From Patescibacteria group bacterium (GTDB lineage: Bacteria; Patescibacteriota; Minisyncoccia; Minisyncoccales; Staskawiczbacteraceae), in contig JAHJTG010000005.1 of NCBI GenBank assembly GCA_018829965.1, positions 1 to 47,557 on the forward strand: 47,557 nucleotides of DNA, in the 5' to 3' direction. Each line of letters begins with the position of its first letter. The first letter of the stretch is position 1. Below are positions 37,105 to 47,557 of this stretch, one piece after another. Both the position numbers and the translations under genes were made by a program. The notes under the pieces were generated by a model. That model did no database searches and was not told where the DNA came from. It saw nothing but the letters and a program-made list of their open reading frames with translations.

Positions 37105-38232
37105 CTACAAACAAGCTACTTTATTAAAATAGATATAATTTAAAAACTTATAAGCAAGGTCGAAAGAAATTCTTTTTCTGTTATTATCACGGAAATTTGT
37201 AAGAAAGAAAGAAGAATACTTTTCGCGCTCTTGATTTAGCTCTTTATTAAAATTTTCCATCAACGCTTCCTGTTCTCTGATTGGGATTTCTTTTTTAAAA
37301 ATTAAATGTGCCATATTACGGGAAGTATTCTTCCCTACTAATCCATGTATATTATAATTTCTTATATCTTCTAATTGAATTTTTTTGCCATTCTTGCTGT
37401 CAATTGCTCTCAAAAATAAAATATTTTTTCCCAGCGCTTTTTTTATGTTTTGGTTTATTTTAAAAACCCTTTTATCTTTTATATTCTGCAAAGCCATCTC
37501 TATTTCATACTCTCCTGATTGCAAATAATCTTCGGTTAGACGAAAAATTCCTAAATAGTTTTTTGTGCTCTTTATTTTATCTATAAAATCGCCTCCGAAT
37601 TGCCACCCGAATTTTCTTTCAAGAATAAAATTAATGTTTTTGTTGTCAGGGATAATAGTCGCTGGAATTTCGTTCTTGCCACTAATTTTATTTTTCTTTT
37701 TATAATAAAAAGAGACAACATTATAGGTCGTATCTTCAAAGACTTGCTCAGAAAAAATATTCAATTTTACAATTTCAAATTTATCAAAAAATAGATTTCT
37801 GATTTTTTTTGAATTTTCCGCACAAAGGAAATTTAGTGGAACTATTAAAATACCTTCCTTACAATTCAATATTGAAAATATTGAAACTTGATATAAGTCA
37901 TCAAAATTCGAACAAATGCCGGAAAAAAATCTTTCTTTCGTTTTTTGGTCAGCTTTGTTTTTATGCAAATACGGGGGGTTCGTACAGATAAATTTGGATT
38001 TTTTAGAATAATTTATTGAATCATTATAAAAAACATTTTTATTGTCAACGTATCTTTTATCGCAATCAAAACCAATTACTTTCTTGCAATTATTTTTTTG
38101 AGCCCACTTCAGTAAATCTTGATTGCCAGCAAAAGGGTCAACAACTTCTTTGTTTTTTACAAATTTTTCTAATCCTTGTAAAATATAATCTGAGTTAGTC
38201 GTAAAAAATTGACCGGATTGTTGTTTATTCAT
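37105..38232 (-). CDS. N6-adenine DNA methyltransferase (gamma-type motif order)
   Basis: GQFFT, DPFAG and NPPY motifs. Confidence 0.85.
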   Translation of the reverse strand: MNKQQSGQFFTTNSDYILQGLEKFVKNKEVVDPFAGNQDLLKWAQKNNCKKVIGFDCDKRYVDNKNVFYNDSINYSKKSKFICTNPPYLHKNKADQKTKERFFSGICSNFDDLYQVSIFSILNCKEGILIVPLNFLCAENSKKIRNLFFDKFEIVKLNIFSEQVFEDTTYNVVSFYYKKKNKISGKNEIPATIIPDNKNINFILERKFGWQFGGDFIDKIKSTKNYLGIFRLTEDYLQSGEYEIEMALQNIKDKRVFKINQNIKKALGKNILFLRAIDSKNGKKIQLEDIRNYNIHGLVGKNTSRNMAHLIFKKEIPIREQEALMENFNKELNQEREKYSSFFLTNFRDNNRKRISFDLAYKFLNYIYFNKVACL

Positions 38233-38329
38233 CTTTGTTTATTCATCTTTATAAATTTCTTTTATTCTAACAAAAAATCCTCCGGATTTCAACAAGAGGA
38301 TTTTTTATATCTATACCCTATACCCTATA

Positions 38330-39973
<1,644 letters not shown>

Positions 39974-40058
39974 TCAGTATAAATCCGTGGATTGTAGCTT
40001 GAAGACTATTAACCACTGATTTATACGGATTAAAACGGATTTATGCGGATTTTTGTGT

Positions 40059-40346
40059 TTATTCAATAATTGCGAGAATATCTTCTTCTTTAGCAATTAA
40101 ATATTCTTTGCCATCAACCTTTATTTCGCTTGGTCCGTATTTAGTAAAGATAACTTTATCTCCGGGTTTAACTTCCAAAGGGAATATCTTTCCGTCAATA
40201 TTTTTACCACAACCCACGGCAATCACCTTGCCTTGTTCTGGTCTTTCTTTTTCAACCGTATCAGGAAGCAAAATACCGCTTTTGGTTTTTTCTTCCTCTT
40301 TAATCGGTTCAATTAAAACGTGATCTGATAATGGTTTTATGTTCAT
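40059..40346 (-). CDS. groS: Co-chaperonin GroES
   Basis: IKPLSDHV, TKSGILLP and EEDILA. Confidence 0.97.
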   Translation of the reverse strand: MNIKPLSDHVLIEPIKEEEKTKSGILLPDTVEKERPEQGKVIAVGCGKNIDGKIFPLEVKPGDKVIFTKYGPSEIKVDGKEYLIAKEEDILAIIE

Positions 40347-40438
40347 AAAATGTGAAACATAAAACATGAAACATGAAACAAAATAAAAAAGGTTTCAAGC
40401 TTCAGGTTTTAACGTTCAGAATTTTTTTCTAATAATTT

Positions 40439-40467
40439 AATCTATAGGATAAAAAATCTATTGTCAA
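40439..40467 (-). promoter_or_regulatory. groESL sigma-70 promoter
   Basis: TTGACA-N17-TAGATT on the minus strand. Confidence 0.55.
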
Positions 40468-40473
40468 GGACAA

Positions 40474-40513
40474 TACAGCCCCTTGTCCGCCGAACGGCGG
40501 ACAAGGGGCTGTA
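40474..40513. repeat. Perfect 19-bp-arm palindrome with a TCCGCC..GGCGGA core (terminator/REP-like)
   Basis: TACAGCCCCTTGTCCGCCG-aa-CGGCGGACAAGGGGCTGTA. Confidence 0.8.
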
Positions 40514-40529
40514 CGTTTTAAAATTTTTC

Positions 40530-40928
40530 TTATTGTATTTTGATTTTATCCACTAACAGCTCTAACAAGTTTTTAACGTTTTCTTGGGCGTCACTTTCGG
40601 TCTTACTCTCTATAAATTTATTCCATCGCCCTAAAATTTCCTCATCGCCTAAATTTTTCACCGCATTTTCTAATTTTAATCTTGTTTCAAAATCAACTTC
40701 GGTTTCGGCTTTTAACACCTTTTCAATAAATAGTTTAGCAAACTCTAAAACTTTTTCATTGGTTCGCTGGATTTTCAAAGCCACTTTTGTCGTTTCTAAC
40801 TCCTTCTGTAAAACAAAATATTTATAGCCGAAAAAGACAACGCAAACCAATAGAATTAAAACCGGAATAATCCAAAATAGATTTGACGAGGCGATGGGTT
40901 TGTTTAATGGATTTTTTGAATTCAGCAT
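40530..40928 (-). CDS. Hypothetical membrane-anchored protein
   Basis: N-terminal TM; FETRLKLENAV motif. Confidence 0.7.
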   Translation of the reverse strand: MLNSKNPLNKPIASSNLFWIIPVLILLVCVVFFGYKYFVLQKELETTKVALKIQRTNEKVLEFAKLFIEKVLKAETEVDFETRLKLENAVKNLGDEEILGRWNKFIESKTESDAQENVKNLLELLVDKIKIQ

Positions 40929-40967
40929 ATTTTTGAATTATGAATTATGAATTACGAAAAACAATTA

Positions 40968-43900
40968 TTAATTTTTTATTCTATCACGAATTTTATCCCG
41001 ATAAAAATTGTACCCTATTAATAAAATCAGAATAATCAAAAGAGCGGTTTTCCAGTCAATAACTCTCAGCCACCAGTATTTGGTTTTCAATTCAATATTA
41101 ATATGAACTCCGCTGCCTTCTTTAATTTGAAATGGTTTGCCGTCATAAAAAAGGTAACCGGGCGCCTCAACTTTAAGATAATAAAAGCCCTCTGGCACCA
41201 AAAAGAAATAAGTGCCTCTGACGTCGGTAGTTTGGGGATTTTCCTGCTGATATTCTTTGGCCGACCATAACTCATATTGCTTGGTTTCCGGATTTAGCCA
41301 GAAAAGAGATATAATAGCTCCGGGGATGCGGGTTTCTTTAACGCCGTCTTTCTCATAGACATAGCCTTCGGGATCAACTACTGTAATTAATCTGGTTTCT
41401 TTTGTCGCTAATTTCGGATCGTCGTAATCCATCACCGTGATAATCTCGTATTCGCCTTCAACAATTGGCGCTTGAACTTCAGCCGTATAAATACCATCCC
41501 CATCCGGGTCAGTATATTCAAATTCCAGCAAGACCAACTTGGTTCCTTGAAGCTTGGAACTTGAAGCTTGAAGCTTGTTTTCTGGAATACTACCTCCTTC
41601 TAAAGCAATATAATGACTCGGCTCAGCGGGGCTAACAAATATCGGAGTAGCGAAAATTAAGGAAGCGGTTAGGTCTTGAAACTTAAAACTTGGAACTTGG
41701 AACTTTTGGATTTCGGGTTTCAAATTATAAGTTACAGGTTTTTTAGATTTGAAAATAATATATCCTTTAACGCTTTTTACCGACTTGTCCGGTTTAACCA
41801 TTAATTGTAATGGCTTGTCGGAGATGGTGGTGATTTTCTGTTGGGGTTCACCTTTTTCCGTAATAGACAAAGCAATATTAAAATCAATCAGCTGACCGCC
41901 AGTTTTAGCAAAAACGATTTCGGTGGGTATCTGTTTTTTTATTTTCGACGATAACTCAGCGAGTGGTATACCCCGCGGTAAAGCGAATTTTCCCAGCTCA
42001 ACTTTCGCAGTCGGTAAACCGACTCTTTCTGTTAATCCCGGCAGAGTTAATTTTACGGTTTTTAACTTCTCAATATCAGTGATTTTTGTTATTCCGATTT
42101 TTTTCAAAGTTTCTCCAAGTTCCGGAAATTTTTCGGCTAAATCTCTGATTTCTTTTGGTAGAGGAGTTAAAACAAATTCATTAATCGGCTTTGGCGGCAA
42201 TAATTGCCATTTTCCCCGCATTGTCAGGGGCGCCTCTTTTAATACTATTTCTTCTACTGGCGGCAGTTTTGGTTTTTCTTCTATTTCTTTTGGTTTAATT
42301 ATTTCTTTGATTTTCTCAGAAATCTTTTTGATTTCTTCAATTGTTTTTTTCGGTATTTCTTTGAGTTCTTCTACTATTGATTTTTTTTCTTCGTAAACAA
42401 TTGTGCTAGAAATAATTTCCGAAGATTGCCCGTATTGAGTGTAAAATTTAACATAGACTGCCTTTATTCCTTCTCCTTTTGATAAGGTCCATTGTCCGGC
42501 TGATTGAAAAGGTTCTTGAATAGCATCGCGGAAATCGGAAAAATTAGAAATAGCCATTCTGACTGTGTCTGAACCAGCTGTAAAATTTAAAGTAATTATC
42601 AGATTATTGGTAGATTCGTCTCCGTTATTGATTAACACCTTAAAACCACCTTGAGGGTTTCCAAAAGTTGGAGTAGGCGAAGAGGGCGGATTGTAAGCCA
42701 CTACTGGCAAACCTCCTCCGCCGCAGCCGGAAGTGTCAACGCTATTTGTATCAGTCCATTCTGTTTCTGTGCTGTCTCCGTTTTTAGCTTTAACTCGGAA
42801 AGAGTAAGTTTTTCCGCAGCTTAAACCAGCAGAACTCCAGGAAACATCTGTTACCCAGTCGGAATTAGTGCCAGCAGTAGTGTTTTCAATATAGTAGGAG
42901 GTGTCGGTAGGATTGGAATTGGCTGACCAGGAAGCAGTGACCTGGGAGCCCGAATCAGCGGTCAAACTAAGACTGGAAGGAACATTGGCTAAAGTGTATT
43001 TGGAGGAAGTGGAGGAATAATCAGATTCATTGCTATTTGCGTCTTTAGCTCTAACTTTGTAGGTGTATTGAGTGTTAGATGATAACCCAACATCTGTATA
43101 GGAAGGCAACTCTTGATAACCAGAGGAAGTAGCTCCTGTGTTGCCTGTTGTTTCTTGGAATTGATAAGGGGTAGCATGAAGACCCGAGCCAGAATCGGTT
43201 GCTGTATCAGCAATTATGGTTAATTGAGTAGATGAGTCAGCTATGATTGAGGATATTTCTACATTAGTGGGAGAAATTGCGTCCATATAACCGACCACAA
43301 CTCTTATGTCTGCCGAGGTAGTTCCGCCATTTTGATACGTCGATGTTATCAGCAATGGAATCTGCTCAGACGCGTTGCCAGTCATCTGTGTATATAAGTG
43401 GTTGTATCCACTCTCGGATGTTATATCTTCAACTTTGCTCCAAGTATCGCCAGCATCACTACTACGATATCTTTGCAACTCAACGACGCCGTTAACATCA
43501 TAAGTGCTTATTAGGTCAATAAGAGTATTGCTGTAAGCGAAAATCTTATAGACGGTATTATACCAAAAAGTTGTGCCTGGCGAGGGGATAGTCTGGTTAT
43601 CAAACGGTGTTATGCTTTTTTCAACCCACGACGCTCCGTCATAGTAGCGCAATTTTGTGTTCTTTGTCCACGGATAAGCTATTGTGGCTTGCGGGTTTTC
43701 TCTGATAACAAAAAAGACCCGTCCCTCAGGCGACAGGGAAGCGGTTTCTACACCGTTGATTATATCGTATGTACCGGAGTCCCTTAACACGTAATTAGCG
43801 TCAAGTATGACCTTTGTTAATGCCCCATTAACAGAAACATTATGCGAATAAGAGCCGTCAATATTTGTAAATATGTTGCCATCTACACTCTCAAGATAAT

Positions 43901-45842
43901 AAATTATTTTATAAGTGCCGCTTACGCTTTCCTGCGTTTTGTCAGCCATATTTATTACAATGCGTATTTTGTCATTGACTGCCTGCTGAACAAAACCAGT
44001 ATAAGCCCAGTAACTGCCACTTCCAAAATCAACAATAGTTACAGGCGTTGACCAACTTGTTCCTGAATTATCGGTATAACTTAAATCAAGTTTTGAGACA
44101 AGATTTCTGCCGGTTAAAAATATTCTGTCACCAATTCTGTAAAAATGAGGATAGCTTAGTTCAGACCCAACGCTCGCAACCTGTTCAAAAGAACTGATAT
44201 CTTCCGGGTTGACAGAACGTTTAATTAAAAACGGACTTTGGTGATTACTTGGACCGTTAAGTTTCTCGTGTGCCACCAAGATATAACCATCGCTTGTAAC
44301 CATAATATTACCGTGCCCATGAACATCTCTGGCATCCGGATAAAATGCGCCCACACTTACCGATGGAGAAAATATCTCTGTTTCGTGGTCATAATAAGCT
44401 ACAAAATTATCAATGCCGTATTGCCCGCTGGAATAAATTCTTTGCATCCACAGGAAATAAGTTTTTCCGTTGTAATACCATAACTGCGGACTAAAGTTAT
44501 CTCCCGTAATTGCCTGATTTGGGTCGCCCCTTAAATTGGTAGGATAAATTTGATTTTGAGCAACAATATTGAACGCGGACGAAGTTATGCCCGTGAGAGC
44601 AGGATTGGAAGTAAAACTAAGAGTGTAGCTTGTGCCAACCTTATCAATGATTAAATTGCTAAAAGTAACCACGCCGTTTACCGCAGTAACCGTGGTGGTG
44701 CCGGAGAGGGTTCCTCCGCCGGGGTTGGCGCCGATAGTTGCGGTTACTTGGGTGGAATTATCATTAGTAACAGTAATACCATTAGCATCTTGAATATATA
44801 ACTCAGGCTGGGCTACCCAGCTAGTAATACCTTCAATCATAGTAACAGTACCTTCTCTGGGTTGGGTTTTCATCCCGAGTTTGGTAGCTGCTCCAAAGAT
44901 TACAACTACACCACTGGTACCGGTTTTGCTATCTGCGCTTGTGGCCGTAAATGTATGACTTCCTGTTGTCCCGGTAAATTTCATTCCCAAACTTGTTAAA
45001 TCGGCTATTCCGTTTACAAAATCTCCTGCCTGATTCAGCACATTGTTACTACCTGAACCTAATCCGCTGATTGTTCCGTCTGCTGGATCTGAGGTTAAAG
45101 TTACATTATTTTCTGAAGCATTAAATGCGATTATTGTCTTGTTGCCGGCAGCCTGAGCGATTAGAGTGTTTGTTCCGCTAAATGCTACGTCATTTTGCTG
45201 AGAACTTGCCAAACTGAGAGCAAAATGGTCTAACGGACTATAATAAACAGTTATCTGGATGTGGTCAATGAAGGTATAAAAATAATCTTGATCTTGATAC
45301 TCTTCTATCTCTACTTTAATTCCATTTATTACAGAATTTGTAGGGATAGAAAATCCAAAATTACTTGCATTAAGATAATGTGAGCAGCCATTCTCTCCGC
45401 ATACTCCAAAAATAACTCCAAAATTAGAAGCATTTATTTGTTCGGCTGTTGGATCACTTATTCCCGGTAAATACGAAGAATCCCCGAAAGATATATACGC
45501 TTCCGACAATGGCACAGATGTATTTTCTAACCACCCTGCCCAATTAGCTTCGGAAATTCCTCCGCCGTACACAATTACCTCGGAATTATACCAAGCTGCT
45601 TGCCAAGGATCGTAAACTACTGCATAAGCATTATCACTTAATTCTGCATTTTCGGGATTTGTCCATTGAAAGGTTCCTCCTGATGAATCATCATCTATCA
45701 CTTCGGTCGGACTCCTGGTAGAACTGTCAGCATAGCAGACCCGAATATTACCGCACAAACCAAAGACAACCACGCCTATCAATACGGCTAAAAAAACAAG
45801 CGCTAATTTTTTGGTTTCTAGAAAAGATATTTTTTTCAGCAT
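40968..45842 (-). CDS. Large surface protein: Ig-like, BNR/Asp-box propeller, FN3 and carboxypeptidase-regulatory-like domains, C-terminal TM
   Basis: Signal peptide; YTDNSGTSW and RSSDAGDTW Asp boxes; LSSNTQYTYKVRA FN3 motif; hydrophobic C-tail. Confidence 0.8.
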   Translation of the reverse strand: MLKKISFLETKKLALVFLAVLIGVVVFGLCGNIRVCYADSSTRSPTEVIDDDSSGGTFQWTNPENAELSDNAYAVVYDPWQAAWYNSEVIVYGGGISEANWAGWLENTSVPLSEAYISFGDSSYLPGISDPTAEQINASNFGVIFGVCGENGCSHYLNASNFGFSIPTNSVINGIKVEIEEYQDQDYFYTFIDHIQITVYYSPLDHFALSLASSQQNDVAFSGTNTLIAQAAGNKTIIAFNASENNVTLTSDPADGTISGLGSGSNNVLNQAGDFVNGIADLTSLGMKFTGTTGSHTFTATSADSKTGTSGVVVIFGAATKLGMKTQPREGTVTMIEGITSWVAQPELYIQDANGITVTNDNSTQVTATIGANPGGGTLSGTTTVTAVNGVVTFSNLIIDKVGTSYTLSFTSNPALTGITSSAFNIVAQNQIYPTNLRGDPNQAITGDNFSPQLWYYNGKTYFLWMQRIYSSGQYGIDNFVAYYDHETEIFSPSVSVGAFYPDARDVHGHGNIMVTSDGYILVAHEKLNGPSNHQSPFLIKRSVNPEDISSFEQVASVGSELSYPHFYRIGDRIFLTGRNLVSKLDLSYTDNSGTSWSTPVTIVDFGSGSYWAYTGFVQQAVNDKIRIVINMADKTQESVSGTYKIIYYLESVDGNIFTNIDGSYSHNVSVNGALTKVILDANYVLRDSGTYDIINGVETASLSPEGRVFFVIRENPQATIAYPWTKNTKLRYYDGASWVEKSITPFDNQTIPSPGTTFWYNTVYKIFAYSNTLIDLISTYDVNGVVELQRYRSSDAGDTWSKVEDITSESGYNHLYTQMTGNASEQIPLLITSTYQNGGTTSADIRVVVGYMDAISPTNVEISSIIADSSTQLTIIADTATDSGSGLHATPYQFQETTGNTGATSSGYQELPSYTDVGLSSNTQYTYKVRAKDANSNESDYSSTSSKYTLANVPSSLSLTADSGSQVTASWSANSNPTDTSYYIENTTAGTNSDWVTDVSWSSAGLSCGKTYSFRVKAKNGDSTETEWTDTNSVDTSGCGGGGLPVVAYNPPSSPTPTFGNPQGGFKVLINNGDESTNNLIITLNFTAGSDTVRMAISNFSDFRDAIQEPFQSAGQWTLSKGEGIKAVYVKFYTQYGQSSEIISSTIVYEEKKSIVEELKEIPKKTIEEIKKISEKIKEIIKPKEIEEKPKLPPVEEIVLKEAPLTMRGKWQLLPPKPINEFVLTPLPKEIRDLAEKFPELGETLKKIGITKITDIEKLKTVKLTLPGLTERVGLPTAKVELGKFALPRGIPLAELSSKIKKQIPTEIVFAKTGGQLIDFNIALSITEKGEPQQKITTISDKPLQLMVKPDKSVKSVKGYIIFKSKKPVTYNLKPEIQKFQVPSFKFQDLTASLIFATPIFVSPAEPSHYIALEGGSIPENKLQASSSKLQGTKLVLLEFEYTDPDGDGIYTAEVQAPIVEGEYEIITVMDYDDPKLATKETRLITVVDPEGYVYEKDGVKETRIPGAIISLFWLNPETKQYELWSAKEYQQENPQTTDVRGTYFFLVPEGFYYLKVEAPGYLFYDGKPFQIKEGSGVHINIELKTKYWWLRVIDWKTALLIILILLIGYNFYRDKIRDRIKN

Positions 45843-45886
45843 CTTTTTAATTATAATACTATAAAAAACGAGCGGTGTAAAGGGAA

Positions 45887-45916
45887 TGTACTAGACGGGT
45901 ACATAGGTAACACTTT
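45887..45916 (+). mobile_element. Possible orphan IS481-family terminal inverted repeat
   Basis: TGTACTAGACGGGTACATAGGTAACAC resembles IS481-type TGT ends; no partner end or transposase seen. Confidence 0.35.
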
Positions 45917-45980
45917 TAGGTATTTAACCTGAAAGTTAATTGGTGATATATATCCCAGTGTTTGGTGCGGCCTTCTGAAG

Positions 45981-46008
45981 TTAACATTGGGACGTCATAC
46001 GTCCCAAT
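45981..46008. repeat. REP-like palindrome (left flank of RAYT)
   Basis: ATTGGGACGT-cat-ACGTCCCAAT. Confidence 0.85.
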
Positions 46009-46021
46009 AACTTGTTAATTA

Positions 46022-46753
46022 TTATTCTGAAATAATATCACCAAGGTCTTTTAACTCTTTTTTGTATTTTATCCAGTTATTAATAAACTCTCGGCAACCT
46101 TCGGCACCATTCATTATATCTAACAAAAACTCTCTTTCTGTGACTGACGGGAAGTTTTTCTTTCCTAAATAATCTGGGTAACTATGCCATTTGTCATTTT
46201 CCAAAAATTCTATTACTTTTTCTGGATTTTTAATTCCCGCCTCTTTCCAGCCAGGTTCTATTATAGAAATCCGGTTTGTATGAATATATGTGAATACATT
46301 TTTAAGTTGTTCGTCGGTTTTAATGTGGACTACTTGGAATCTGCTAAAAAGATGGCCCTTGCGACTATATTTATCATTAAAATATTTAGCATAGCCACCA
46401 CCAACTTTTTTCATAAATTGAGTGATGCCATTATCTTTTAATTGTTTTAGTAATAAATGCAAATGGTTGGACATAAAGGAGAAAGCAAAAACTTCAACTG
46501 TCTTTTCTCTTTTATCTAAACATTGGGACGTATGACGTCCTAATGTTTGTCCCGATGATTCTAATAACTTTTCTTTTTTACGCTGTTGTCGCCGTAACCA
46601 TATCTCTACAGAATTGCTGTTATTAAATTCATAAATTGAAAAAATTCCTCGATAAAAATCTCTTTCATTTTTAAAAACTACGGTGTCGCCCACTGCCCGG
46701 ATAACAACATGATAAATTTCATTATTAATTAGTTCGGGTCTTTTTATCGGCAT
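46022..46753 (-). CDS. REP-associated tyrosine transposase (IS200/Y1 HUH family)
   Basis: YHVVIRA, MSNHLHLLL, YFNDKY.R.GHLF and YIHTN motifs; flanking palindromes. Confidence 0.9.
   Translation of the reverse strand: MPIKRPELINNEIYHVVIRAVGDTVVFKNERDFYRGIFSIYEFNNSNSVEIWLRRQQRKKEKLLESSGQTLGRHTSQCLDKREKTVEVFAFSFMSNHLHLLLKQLKDNGITQFMKKVGGGYAKYFNDKYSRKGHLFSRFQVVHIKTDEQLKNVFTYIHTNRISIIEPGWKEAGIKNPEKVIEFLENDKWHSYPDYLGKKNFPSVTEREFLLDIMNGAEGCREFINNWIKYKKELKDLGDIISE
46518..46548. repeat. REP-like palindrome inside the RAYT gene
   Basis: AAACATTGGGACGT-atg-ACGTCCTAATGTTT, opposite orientation to the flanking copies. Confidence 0.85.
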
Positions 46754-46821
46754 AAAAACATAGATTAAAATATTTAAATCTCCCTTTTATTCTACCAAAT
46801 AAAAACTATACTACAAAATAG

Positions 46822-46858
46822 AATTAACATTGGGACGTCATACGTCCCAATGTTAATT
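46822..46858. repeat. REP-like palindrome (right flank of RAYT)
   Basis: AATTAACATTGGGACGT-cat-ACGTCCCAATGTTAATT. Confidence 0.9.
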
Positions 46859-46993
46859 TATCTCTACTATGAATGGCAGAGTTTGATGTTAGAGAAAATT
46901 GAGAAGAAAGGTAAAGTATTGATCCTATCACCTTTCTGGAAAAGGTGAAGGGTTGATATTCTTTTAAAATCTGGTATCATTGATATAACAATA

Positions 46994-47392
46994 ATGAGAA
47001 AATTAATTTCTCAAATTTTAGCAGGTATTTTAGGCCTATGGTTAGCTGTTTCTTTTGTGCCTAAAATTAATATTAAGATTTTACCCAACTCAAACTTTTT
47101 TGGGTTTCCGTTGGCTACAAATTGGCACATTATAATTCTTTTAGGGGTTATTTTAGGAATAATTAATGTATTCTTAAAACCAATTTTAAAAACAATCACC
47201 CTACCTTTAAGGATTATCACTCTTGGATTCTTTAATTTGGTAATAAATTTAATTTTAATCTGGGCAGTTGATTTAATTTTTGAAGAAATAACTATTCCTT
47301 GGTTCTTGCCTCTTTTTTGGACAACGCTCATTATCTGGGCGTTAGGCATTATTTTCGCAATATTATTAAAGAAAAAAGAAGGAGAACTATAA
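46994..47392 (+). CDS. Four-TM membrane protein, phage holin family IV (YvlD-like)
   Basis: LGIINVFLKPIL..ITLPL.IITLGFF.LVIN. Confidence 0.88.
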   Translation: MRKLISQILAGILGLWLAVSFVPKINIKILPNSNFFGFPLATNWHIIILLGVILGIINVFLKPILKTITLPLRIITLGFFNLVINLILIWAVDLIFEEITIPWFLPLFWTTLIIWALGIIFAILLKKKEGEL

Positions 47393-47557
47393 CGCGATAC
47401 CAATATACGAATGGCATACTAATGAAACGAATACTTCAATAAATCCAGCATAAGTAATTAGTATTAGTATAATTAGTATGTTAATTAGTGTCATTAGTAT
47501 CGCATAATAGCGAAGCGTATATGCAACAATATTTATTGATCTTACAAATAATAGTTT

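Noticed and set aside
40346-40520. CIRCE element upstream of groESL
   Set aside because: No TTAGCACTC-N9-GAGTGCTAA found.
45987-45995. TGGGACG shared between REP palindromes and att repeats
   Set aside because: Only 7-8 bp, and the att version is already explained by the tRNA T-stem sequence; probably coincidental.
46994-47392. Holin as evidence of a prophage
   Set aside because: This four-TM family is a common chromosomal gene, and there are no endolysin or structural genes nearby.

Overview
AT-rich bacterial chromosome segment using genetic code 11. Gene content, dispersed short palindromes and the style of the recombinases suggest Patescibacteria/CPR (Parcubacteria-like); this is inference. 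The housekeeping backbone comprises rpoD, dnaG, HIT, SIMPL, htpX, lemA, groEL/ES and a large surface protein. Two minus-strand tRNA genes, tRNA-Asn(GTT) at 23117-23188 and tRNA-Ser(GGA) at 33076-33159, each anchor a tandem array of accreted DNA on their 3' side. The tRNA-Asn array is at least 23 kb. It holds two large-serine-recombinase (LSR) elements, one carrying R-M/defence cargo and one resembling a phage satellite (Rep with iterons, TerS-like gene), followed by small cassettes. The tRNA-Ser array holds about five single-gene cassettes separated by a conserved att-like repeat (TGGGACGAACTTGGAACC) that shares its left half with the tRNA 3' end. Most cassettes carry their own terminator hairpin and -10 promoter, and the same hairpin occurs in both arrays. 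The best candidate for an undescribed system is therefore an integron-like, LSR-driven gene-cassette array at tRNA 3' ends. Also present: a LexA-methyltransferase fusion, a paralogous regulator-plus-repeat module in both LSR elements, a 32-bp palindromic element inserted twice into att cores, in-frame palindromes in rpoD, a RAYT/REP locus and a 6S-like structured RNA candidate. All calls come from reading motifs by eye; no database searches were run.
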